Source: a virus
Strand: one strand, 5' to 3'
IMG/VR virus record: IMGVR_UViG_3300031673_000011
Coordinates: 22,567 to 86,566 of that record
Length of the DNA: 64,000 nt
The position numbers were made by a program, and so were the translations under genes. Shown piece after piece: positions 9,881 to 19,622 of this stretch. Position 1 is the first letter of the stretch, and each line of letters starts with the position of its first letter. The notes beneath the pieces were generated by a model. The model had not been told where the DNA came from, did not search any database, and saw only the letters and a list, made by a program, of their open reading frames with translations.

Positions 9881-10015
9881 ATCATAGTCATAGAAATATG
9901 ATTGCGGTGTGGTGGGGTTTGGTAAGGTAAGGTGTGGTGAGGTAAGGTATGGTATGGTGTGGTGGGGTGAGGTATGGTATGGTTTGGGAGTTTTGCTCTT
10001 CTCTAAAAAGGGCAA
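9881..10015 (+). ncRNA. putative guide RNA unit 2: ATCATA leader, hairpin, (GGT-NN)16, hairpin
   Basis: Hairpin AGTCATA-GAAA-TATGATT; GGT every 5 nt from 9906 to 9981; closing hairpin TTGCTCTT/AAGGGCAA. Confidence 0.8.
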
Positions 10016-10137
10016 TCATAATCAAGATAAAAATGTTACCCCTTTCAAGTTAATAGAAAGATTTAAATAGTCTTGATTTATTGATATAATAAGAAATATG
10101 GGAAAAAAGAAAATAAATAAATTAGTAAGAAAATAAA

Positions 10138-10443
10138 ATGAAATCAGAAATTGAATTAGGAGATAAAGTGAAATGTTTGATTACAGGATATGAAGGAGTA
10201 GCAGTTGCTAAAACAGAATTTATTAATGGATGTATTCAATTTAGTATAGCTAAACAATTAAAGAAAAAAGATGAAAGATTTCCAGAATTTGGTGACCCAT
10301 CAATAGATAGTTCAAGTTTAAGGGTTATTAAAAAAAGAGCAGTTGATTTAAGAGAAAAAGAAGAAAAAATAGAAAGGGTAAAAGAGAGAGAAAAACATAC
10401 AGGTGGTCCAACTAAATTTATGGGCCCTATGAGAGGATATTAA
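10138..10443 (+). CDS. phage-type hypothetical protein (SH3-like)
   Basis: IELGDKVKC.ITGYEGVAVAKTEFINGC. Confidence 0.75.
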   Translation: MKSEIELGDKVKCLITGYEGVAVAKTEFINGCIQFSIAKQLKKKDERFPEFGDPSIDSSSLRVIKKRAVDLREKEEKIERVKEREKHTGGPTKFMGPMRGY

Positions 10444-10447
10444 TAAA

Positions 10448-10937
10448 ATGGAAAAGAAAGAAGATATAGAAATAAAAGAAAAAATTGATAGAATTTTATT
10501 AAATCAAAGAGCAATAATGAAAAATTTAGCTTTTGGTTTTCCAACTCTAATGAAAGATGAAATATTAAATCAATCTCTATTAACTGGGATTGAAGGAACA
10601 GAAGAAATTTTCAATAAGAATCTTGAGGAGGATAAAGAATAATATGGGAGAAAGATATGAACTTATAAAAAATTGTGCATATTGTGATACACTTCACGAA
10701 GATATTTACTTTGCTCCTACTTGTGGATTTCACACTTTCTCTTGTGATAAATGTGGAAAAAGAAATTTCATTGTCTTAGATGATTCTTTTACTGTTAAGA
10801 AAATGGAAGATGTCACCTATGAAGATATTTATAACTCAATATCTCAAGCATCAAGTATGATGAGTGAAAAGCAAATAGAAGCTGAAGCACAAAATGTTTT
10901 TAGATCTTTATTAAAAGGGTTAGAAATAGAAAAATGA
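10448..10937 (+). other. two small ORFs (10448-10642; ~10644-10937 zinc ribbon CAYC..CDKC)
   Basis: ORF track, tight packing. Confidence 0.6.
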
Positions 10938-11230
10938 ACAAACTTAAATCACTAACTTGGAAATACTTTTTGAAACAAAAGAAAGAAGAGATAGGAGATT
11001 GGATAGATGATTCTTGGGAGCATATATTCGTTATATCTTTATTTGTTGGAGTTTTTCTTCAAGTAGGTTGGAGTGGAGAAAAGACTTATTGGATTGCTAT
11101 TATTGGATTATGTGTTTTGGGTATATGGGTTATAATTGGAATAATATCATTAATCATTGTCATTTATGATTGGATTAATTCCAATTGGAAGGAAGCAAAA
11201 AGAAAAGCAAAAAAGGAATTACAAAAATGA
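10934..11230 (+). CDS. 2-TM membrane protein, paralog A
   Basis: MNKLKSLTWKYF...NSNWKEAKRKAK. Confidence 0.75.
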   Translation: MNKLKSLTWKYFLKQKKEEIGDWIDDSWEHIFVISLFVGVFLQVGWSGEKTYWIAIIGLCVLGIWVIIGIISLIIVIYDWINSNWKEAKRKAKKELQK

Positions 11231-11562
11231 ATAAACTAAAATCACTAACTTGGAAATACTTTTGGAAACAGAAATGGAAAGAAATAGCAAATGTTTTATT
11301 CATTATATTCATTATTTTAGGAGTATTAGGATTAGTTGTTCAAGCTGGTTGGCTATGTAAATATTCTAATTCAGTTGAATGTGGAAATAGTGTTAAATGT
11401 ATATGCAAAGTTCCTTATGAATCAACTTTTCCCCAATGGATTATGTATTCTGGATTTGTTACAACAGGAATTTGGATAATGATTGGTTTAGTATATTGGA
11501 TTAGTTCTAATTGGAAAGAAGCTAAAAGAAAAGCAAAGAATGAGATTGGTGGTAAAAAATGA
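11227..11562 (+). CDS. 2-TM membrane protein, paralog B with Cys-rich loop
   Basis: Same termini as paralog A; ATGA overlap. Confidence 0.75.
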   Translation: MNKLKSLTWKYFWKQKWKEIANVLFIIFIILGVLGLVVQAGWLCKYSNSVECGNSVKCICKVPYESTFPQWIMYSGFVTTGIWIMIGLVYWISSNWKEAKRKAKNEIGGKK

Positions 11563-11973
11563 AAAGTAAAAGATTAGAAATGATAGAAGAAATATGTATT
11601 AGGAATGAAAGAAAATTCATGGAAGTTGCAGAAATATTTTTAAAATATAATGCAAGAGTTTATGTAAGAAGCATCAAAGGGGGAGAATCTTTTAAATTAT
11701 ACAATCCTATCCTGGAAGAAGAAACAATGAGATTAACAGAAAGATATTTTGATATTAAGGCATATAAAGAATTAAGGAGATTAAAAAATGGTTAAATGTG
11801 CTTTATGTAAAAAGAGAAAGGCAGAATTAACTTATACAGAAGGCATGATGTCTTATATTCATGGATTTACTCAAGAAATATGCAGACTATGTTTTATAAG
11901 TATGCTTGAGAGACATATAAAAGATTGTCAGAAACAATTAAAAGAACATAAAAAATTATTAAAAAATGGTTAA
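11559..11973 (+). other. two small ORFs (11559-11795; 11788-11973 with CxxC pairs)
   Basis: ORF track, overlapping start/stop codons. Confidence 0.6.
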
Positions 11974-12149
11974 ACATAATATTGGATTAAAACCAAAATG
12001 CGAAGTATGTGGAAATAGAGGCAAGGTAACTAAGGAAGGATTATGTGCATTATGTTACAAAGATAGGTTCGGAGTTTGGTCAAGAGATTTTATGGCTGAC
12101 TCCGATAAGAGAGGAAAATGAATAAACAAAAGGAGTTAATAAAGCTAAA

Positions 12150-12773
12150 ATGATAAAAATACAAGATATGCCAAAGATAGAATGTCCTTTTGTAAGAGTT
12201 ATGAATGAAAAATTGGATTATGTAGTTATAGACAAAATTGTAGAAGGATATGAATGGGTCTTCAACGATGAAAATGTTATGGCTATTGAAAAACTCCACG
12301 GAACTAATGTATCTATTGTAATTGAAGAAGGAACTGTTACTGCTATTTTTAATCGAACCGAAAGAATACCATTTATAAATAAAGGAAAGAAATGGTTAAT
12401 TGAAGGTATACTTAATTCAAAAGAACGGGGTTATTTAGAATTTTTAGGAGATGGACAATTCTTTGGAGAGTTAATAGGTCCAAAAGTAAATGGAAATCCT
12501 TACAAATTAAAAGAACATTTGTGGATACCTTTTTCTACTTTTTGCCAAAAACATTTAAGATATAAAAGTTGGGGGAAATATCCAAAAGATTTTAATACAA
12601 TTTCGGAATGGTTTAAAGAATTAATCCCTTTATATTCATCTATGGTTCAAGGGGAAGAAGGAAGGAAAAATGGATTTGTTGAAGGAATAGTATTCACTCA
12701 CCCTGATGGAAGGATGGCAAAACTTCGTAGGGATATGTTTGATTGGTATAGAGGAGAAAGGCATAAAGAATGA
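12150..12773 (+). CDS. RNA ligase-family nucleotidyltransferase
   Basis: Motif I EKLHGTN, motif III FFGELIG, motif IV EGIV, motif V MAKLR. Confidence 0.85.
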   Translation: MIKIQDMPKIECPFVRVMNEKLDYVVIDKIVEGYEWVFNDENVMAIEKLHGTNVSIVIEEGTVTAIFNRTERIPFINKGKKWLIEGILNSKERGYLEFLGDGQFFGELIGPKVNGNPYKLKEHLWIPFSTFCQKHLRYKSWGKYPKDFNTISEWFKELIPLYSSMVQGEEGRKNGFVEGIVFTHPDGRMAKLRRDMFDWYRGERHKE

Positions 12774-13111
12774 AAAAGAAAACTTTAAGACAAGGTTTAA
12801 ATGTTTCAGTCAATGAATTAAGAGATTTAGCAGATGATTTAGAAAGCCAAACAAGACAATTCAATGTAGAACTTGACATTGAAGATTTAGTTGATTTTAA
12901 TAAGAAATGGCTTACCAATATAATAAATAAAGAACCAGAATGTTCAGATACCTGGATATTGGAAAATTAAAATGACAATAAAAGAAGAAAAAAAGTGTGA
13001 AGAACATGAGTTAAATTTGATTGATGAAAACTGGATGTCAGAGGATACAACAATGATTACTGCTAAGTGTAATAAATGTAATTGTGAATTTAGAGGTTTA
13101 ATAACAAAAAT

Positions 13112-16100
13112 ATGATGACAAATAAAACCCCCCAAGAAATTGAAGAAGAAGTTTTGAAGGATTTTGAAGAATGGAGAGAAAAAGGGAATTGGACATCTGA
13201 TAGCAAAGCAATTAAAAAAGTAATCTTCCTGACTTTCCAAAAATCCCAAGAAATGATGAGGGAAGAGATTGAGAGATTGAGATTTATAACTTATTTTGGG
13301 AAAATACCTTCAGTAGCAGAACAAAGTTTAAAATTATCTATACTTGAGGATTTAAAGTCTAAACTTGCAGGGGTAGAAGAATGAAAGGAGAAATTGAAAT
13401 ATGGAATGAAGTGATGAAAGATGATTTAAATAAATCTATTTATAATGTTGGTTTTCAAGAGGGCAGAACTCAAACACTTAGAGAAGAATTAGATTTTTTG
13501 AAAAATGATTTGGTTTTTATGAATGATGTAGTTGGATGTGATGCTTGTATAATTTCTAAACAAAGAGTTCAAGATAGAATTAAACTCATCTCCAAGTTGG
13601 AAGATGATGAGGTAAAAGAATGAGAACTCAAAAGAGAATAGAAGAAGAAATTATAAGAGAGAATTTTGATAAAAATGATTTAAATAGTATATATCTTATT
13701 AAAATAGCAATCCAGAAGACTTTCCAAAAATCCCAAGAACAACAAGCCTCAGCACTTAAGAAAGTTAAAGAGGAAATTCATACTTGTATTGAAAGAGGGC
13801 AATTTAATGAAAGATATTTTGGGAAATTATTAGACAAACATTTCGGTGTTTTAGATAATCAAAAAGAATTAGCAGGGGGTGAGAAAAAATGAAAGGAGAA
13901 AAGAAAAGAAAAAAAGCAAAATTGAAAAGTATTAAGAAACAATTAAAGCACGGAAAGTTTAATGGAAGAAGGTATAGATGATAATAAAAGAGACTTATTT
14001 TCAACAAAGAGTTAATGAAGAAGAGAAATGGATATATAGAAGATTTTATTCTACTAAATCAATAATATTAAATATTTTAACTTTTGGATTATATGGTATG
14101 GCTCAATATGTTAATTATCAAAGGAGAATAGGATTAAAATGACACACCTAACAAAAGAAAAAGGTTTGTGCAAATGTTGGCATAAAGAAGATGTACATAC
14201 TTATAATTATCTCTTAAAGGAAATATTAGATTGTAATTATAAGGATTGTCCTTGTAAAAAGTTTGAGGTTGAAGAATTAGCAGGGGTAAATCATAGTTTA
14301 CAGGGGTCTGCCTCTGAAATAGAAGAAAAGGGTATGCCTGTAAACACCCGAAAGGGTTTAGATTATCCCTCAATTAGCAGAGAGTTTGGACAGGAAGAAA
14401 GGGTTTATGGAAATTATGAATTAAAGTTTGGAGTATCTATTGGAACTGAAGAATTGAAAATTAAGAGGGCAATTCATTTAGCACTTCAAGAAGGCAGACA
14501 ATCCAAACTAAAAGATGAATTAGAGTTTTTGAAAAGATTAATGAGTAATGAATTTACAGAGGGTATTATTGATGGAAAAGAAAGTCCAGAGATTAAGATT
14601 GTTTTGGAAAGAATTAAACAAATCTCAAAAGAATTAGCAGGGGTAGAAGAATGAAAGACGAAGAATTGAAAAAGTATTTAGATTTTTTTGCTACAAAAAA
14701 CCAATATTCTAATTGGAAAAGTGTTTTGAAAGATAAACAAAGTATGTCTTTTACAGCAAAGGAATTTGAAGAAGAAGCAAGAGAATGTTTCCAAAAAGGC
14801 AGACAATCCAAACTAAAAGAAGTTTTGAAAATTGTTGAAGAATTAAAGAAAGTAGCAGATGAAAACGATATGGAAATAGCAATAGATGATGGAGAAAAAG
14901 ATGGTTTTAGAGTTATTGATTTTAGTGAATATATAGAAAGAGAATTTTCACTCCTCTCTCAGTTGGAAGATGATGAGGTAAAGAAATGAGTGAAGAATTT
15001 AAATTTACAAGAGAATGGTTTATGGATAAAGATAATCAAGTTCATACTATTCAAGATGTAGAACTTTTTAATGATAAAGATTGTAAAAATATAATTCAAA
15101 TAGGAGAACATTTTTTAGTAGATTTAATTCCTATTGAAAATGATGTAGAGATTTGGGAAGTTGAAAATACAAAGAAGAAATATTATGTTAAAAATAGAGG
15201 GATGTTACCATTAAAACCAATTAGGAAGATAACAACAGGGAAGCAATTTGGTTATCCTAATGGTTATTGGAAAATAGAAAAAGAATTAGCAGGGGTAAAA
15301 GAATGAGTGATTTAACAGAAGCACAAATTGAATTTGTAATTTATAATAAGGGTTTTCAAGAGGGCAGAACTCAAACACTTGAAAAGGTTAAGGAGATGAT
15401 TGAGAAATTATTAGAAGAATGTAAAGAACATTTAAGAGAAAATCCTTTAAATGATTATTGGGTTGGAAAGGAAATTGGTTTAGAACAAATCTCAAAAGAA
15501 TTAGCAGGGGTAAAAGGGGAATGAAAAAGATTAGAGCAACAAGAATTGTAAATATTTGGGTTAAACCACATAAAGTAAAAGGATATTGGAAAACAATAAA
15601 GAAAATTGTTTATATAAGTTTTAGAGAGAAGAAAAAACAATTATCAGGGGGTGAGGGGAAATGAATTGGAAGATTAGATTAGGATTAACATTTTTAATAG
15701 GAATAATAGGAGGATTGATAATATGGTTTTTATCAAAATAGAAAAAGAATTAGTAGGGGGAGAAGAATGAAAATTATTAAAGATATAATAAAATTGTGGA
15801 ATAAAGGATTTAAGAGGGGATTTAATATTTTTCAATGGTTTCTAATAGGGTTTATGTTTTTAGGAGTTATTGTCAATAATAGGTTTTTAGTTTTATTTTC
15901 TATGTTTGTATGTTTATTTGCTTACTTTGAACCAGGAGGAAAAGAATTAGAGGTTGGAGGAAAATGAAAAGGAGAACAAATTATATTTTATTATCTATTA
16001 TTGGAATGTGTATAAGCACAATATCAATATTAGTTGGAGGAATAAACAATAATTTATTATTTGCAGTTTTAGGGTTGATTGGTGGTTTCAGTATAACATC

Positions 16101-16680
16101 ATTTTCAATAGAAAGAATAAGAGTAATAGAATTTGAAGAAGAATTAGAGGTTAAAAAATGAATATAGAAAATAAGATAGAAATAATAAAAATATTAATTC
16201 TTTTAATTATAGGATATATAATTATTATGGCTTTACTTTCAAAAGAGAATGTTACAATAATAAAAGAAGTTTGTTGTAATTGTATAAATTGCTTTGGAGT
16301 TATAACCCTAAAATGATTTATCATTTAGTTTCTGTTTTATTGGGAGTTGGAATTGTATTATTAATAAATAGGATAGAAAAAGAATTAGCAGGGGGAGAAG
16401 AATGAAAGAAGAAGAATTGAAAAAGGAGATTAAAATATTAAAGAAATTTCCTATGAATAAAAGAGGAAAAGAAATTAAATTAATGGAATTATCTCTTATA
16501 GAAATTCAAAAAGAAGCAGAACTCAAAGGATTTCAAGAGGGCAGACAATCCAAACTAAAAGATGAATTAGAGTTTTTGAAGAAAATAAAAGAAATTTTAA
16601 GAGGAGTTGGGGATATTGGTATGTTAAATAATAAAATTAAAATGATAGAAAAAGAATTGAGGGTTAGGGTAGAAGAATAA
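13112..16680 (+). repeat. array of about 15 small overlapping ORFs sharing interspersed identical DNA blocks
   Basis: Repeated TFQKSQE, GFQEGRTQTL, GRQSKLKDELEFLK, LEDDEVK and KELAGVEE modules, identical at DNA level. Confidence 0.85.
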
Positions 16681-16692
16681 TGGATTATTTTT

Positions 16693-17163
16693 ATGAAAAA
16701 AAGAAGTAAATGGGTAAAAAAGTGTTCTATATGTGGAAAAGTAATTAGAAATTGGAATAAATCTGGTTTATGTACCTTTCATTATAGGAAAGAGTATTGT
16801 AAAAAGCTGGAAGTAAAAGAGAGAAAAAAAGAATACCAGAAAGAATATAATAAAAGACCAGAAGTTAAAGCTAGGAAGAAAGAATATAGTCAAAGACCAG
16901 AAGTTAAAGCTAGAATAAAAAAATATAATAGCAAATATAATAAAAGACCAAAAGTTAAGGCTAAGAGAAAAAAACAACAGAAGGAATATCAACAAAGACC
17001 TGAAGTTAAAGCCAGGAAGAAAGAATATTATCAAAGATCAGAAGTTAAAGCAAGAAGAAAAGAATATTATCAAAGACCTAGGGTTAAAGCTAGAATAAAA
17101 GAACTAAGAAAAGAGAAAAAAGAGGTGAAAAGGAAAAAACAGCTAAGTGTTACTACTATATAG
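16693..17163 (+). CDS. Zn-finger plus RPEVKARKKEY-repeat basic protein
   Basis: CSIC..C..H then 13-17-aa repeats; paralog of the N-terminal half of 59355-60035. Confidence 0.75.
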   Translation: MKKRSKWVKKCSICGKVIRNWNKSGLCTFHYRKEYCKKLEVKERKKEYQKEYNKRPEVKARKKEYSQRPEVKARIKKYNSKYNKRPKVKAKRKKQQKEYQQRPEVKARKKEYYQRSEVKARRKEYYQRPRVKARIKELRKEKKEVKRKKQLSVTTI

Positions 17164-17437
17164 GGGTTAGAAAGATTTATAAAGGGTGAATGTTTAATAA
17201 ATGAGATTAATATGGGAAACATCTTTAAAGAATTCTGCAAAAGCAGAAACAGTTCTTTAGAAAAGAAATTTTCCCAAATTTCAAAAAGATTGGGGGAAAC
17301 TAATTAATCCCCCAATTAATATTATTGGAGAGGGAATGTGGAAGAATGGGAAACAATGGGGAAAACAATGAAAAACAAAAAACAAATTAAACTTTTTTCA
17401 AAAAATGTTTTATACAGATGAAAGGAGGTAGAAAGAT

Positions 17438-19576
17438 ATGAAATTTAAAAAAATTGCATCTGTTATTGGAAGTATGCTTCTTATTGGAGCTTCAATGGGA
17501 GTTGCTATGGCGAATACATATCCGACACCCTTTGTTCAAAATGGAAACGCAGATGTTGCGATAGTTTATGGAACTGGTTCAGCCCCAAGTGATTTAGTTG
17601 CAGCAGGTAAAATTGGGGATAATCTTAAATCTGTTTTTGATAGTTTTAATGAGGATAATAAAGTTTCAACAGGGAATTTTTCAAGTTCTGTAGGAATTAC
17701 AGAAGAAGAAGTTATTCTTGGAAGCAAATTATTTGATTTTGGTAATGGAAAAATGAGAAATGTCTTTACAGATAACCAAATTCCATCTCTTATTGATGAT
17801 AAAATACATTGGGATGATGGAAAGAGTACTAAGACAAGTTTTAATGTCCACGAAGAAATTCTAGTAGGGAATATGAATCTTTTAACTACATTAGATAACA
17901 ATGACTTAAAAGGTGTTGCTTTAACTAATGACAAGGATTTAGAATATCGTTATGTATTTGAGGATGAACTTAATATTAGTAGAATTGGAAATGAAGATGC
18001 TGATGATTTGACAATAAATATTCTTGGAAAAGAGTATTTAGTTGAAGAATTTGGAGATAATTCAATAACAATTTCTAGTTCAGGAGAAAGTGTTCTAAAA
18101 ACTGGAGAAAGTATTATTCTTGAAGGGATAACTCTTACAGTAAGGGATATTTTTGAGGAAGCTGTCCAAATTAATGGTGTATTTATAAAGGAAGGCCAAT
18201 TAAAGAATGTTGATGGATTGAAAGTTAGAGTTGAATCAATTGCTTATCATTCTTCAGATACTTTACCAAGTAAAGTAATCCTTAAGGTTGGAAAGGAAAT
18301 TTCAACTACTTATTCAGATGAAGATGCTTATATTGGAGAAGATGATTCAGATCCAAATTGGGTTTGGAAAATAAGTAATCCTGGAGTAAATGGAGGTTCT
18401 ATTGGTGTTAAGTATGAGCAAAGACAATTAGATTCTGATGATGAAATAGTTTATGTTGGAGAAAGTTATACTTTCCCTGAGAACTATGCAACAGTTCAAT
18501 TAGAAAGCTTAACTGATGTAGATTATGAAGATTTTGAAGTATCCTTCGATAGTTCAAAGGATTTATATTTTGCAGTAGATAATAACACTAAGATGTACGA
18601 AGATGCTAAAGTAGTTGTTCTTAAAGGGAAGTTAGATGATTCCTTTTTGATTAATGGTACAGAAACTGATGAAATTTATTTGAGGTATAACAATGTTTCA
18701 ACTAGTACTATTGTAGAGGATGAGGAAAATGTAATAATACCTTATTCTAATAATACAATGGAGTTGACCAAATTTGAATGTGATAATAGTGGAGGAATAT
18801 TTTATGAAGGAGATTCCATATGTGAGTATCTAGAAGTTCTTGGAACAAAAGTAGTAACTTCTTTAAGTGAAGTTGTAGATGTCTTCTATAATGATGTGAA
18901 TAAAGACTATTCAGATAGTATTAAGCCAAGATTTGCTTTTACTATAAATGGTACTGGAGATATAGGAAAATTAATCTATGAAGATACCAAATTAGATATC
19001 AAAATAGATAATAGAACATTATCTATTGGAGATTTATCAGTTGAATTAAATCCTACAGGAAATTTTACTCATTTAGGAATGGTTTCAGAAGAAGCAGAAA
19101 ACAATGAAATTACTCTTAATCACAAAAGTGTTGGAAATAAAGAGGAAGACATTTTAGGTTATGATGGATTAATCTTATATGATTCTGAAGCTAATTCAGA
19201 GGATGACGAAGTTATCTTTGGTGTCCCAAGTGAAAGAGTTTATGCAACAGTAAGTGTTTTAGGTCAGGGAGAAATGGCTAGTGGAACTGTCCCTCAACTT
19301 GGTGCTATATTGGTTACAGATGATGAAGTAGCTAATGTTGCTACAAAGAACTTAATTGTTGTTGGTGGAAGTTGTATTAATTCAGTTGCTGCTAAACTAA
19401 TTGGTGTTCCGGTAAATACTTGTGGAGCAGAATGGACTGCTAAGACAAATGTTGGTGCAGGACAATACCTTCTTAAGGAATTTGTTTCTCCTTACAATAG
19501 TGGAAAAGTAGCCTTGCTTATTGCTGGCTATGAAGCTGCCGAGACAACTTTGGGTGTTAATAGTTTGATTGCTTAA
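17438..19576 (+). CDS. archaeal S-layer protein
   Basis: Signal peptide MKFKKIAS..AMA, YPTPFV...ADVAIVYG..A..SD..AA..I, acidic body, C-terminal NLIVVGGSCINSVAA..LLIAGYEA.ET. Confidence 0.88.
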   Translation: MKFKKIASVIGSMLLIGASMGVAMANTYPTPFVQNGNADVAIVYGTGSAPSDLVAAGKIGDNLKSVFDSFNEDNKVSTGNFSSSVGITEEEVILGSKLFDFGNGKMRNVFTDNQIPSLIDDKIHWDDGKSTKTSFNVHEEILVGNMNLLTTLDNNDLKGVALTNDKDLEYRYVFEDELNISRIGNEDADDLTINILGKEYLVEEFGDNSITISSSGESVLKTGESIILEGITLTVRDIFEEAVQINGVFIKEGQLKNVDGLKVRVESIAYHSSDTLPSKVILKVGKEISTTYSDEDAYIGEDDSDPNWVWKISNPGVNGGSIGVKYEQRQLDSDDEIVYVGESYTFPENYATVQLESLTDVDYEDFEVSFDSSKDLYFAVDNNTKMYEDAKVVVLKGKLDDSFLINGTETDEIYLRYNNVSTSTIVEDEENVIIPYSNNTMELTKFECDNSGGIFYEGDSICEYLEVLGTKVVTSLSEVVDVFYNDVNKDYSDSIKPRFAFTINGTGDIGKLIYEDTKLDIKIDNRTLSIGDLSVELNPTGNFTHLGMVSEEAENNEITLNHKSVGNKEEDILGYDGLILYDSEANSEDDEVIFGVPSERVYATVSVLGQGEMASGTVPQLGAILVTDDEVANVATKNLIVVGGSCINSVAAKLIGVPVNTCGAEWTAKTNVGAGQYLLKEFVSPYNSGKVALLIAGYEAAETTLGVNSLIA

Positions 19577-19580
19577 TTTT

Positions 19581-19622
19581 AAAGCCCTTTAAAAAGGGCT
19601 CTTTTTCTTTTTTTTTTATTTT
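19581..19622 (+). terminator. terminator after the S-layer gene
   Basis: AGCCCTTT/AAAGGGCT hairpin followed by a long T tract. Confidence 0.75.

Noticed and set aside
9770-10015. 81-aa minus-strand ORF with PYHTSPHLT repeats
   Set aside because: By-product of the 5-nt GGT-NN periodicity; antisense to the local transcription direction
9763-10024. Canonical CRISPR array, simple microsatellite or G-quadruplex/telomere-like repeat
   Set aside because: No 25-40 nt repeats with unique spacers. Variation is confined to two of five positions and bounded by hairpins, unlike slippage repeats. G4 formation is possible but does not explain the phasing
13112-16680. Diversity-generating retroelement TR/VR pairs
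   Set aside because: No reverse transcriptase in the window; the repeats are short exact blocks without adenine-specific mismatches
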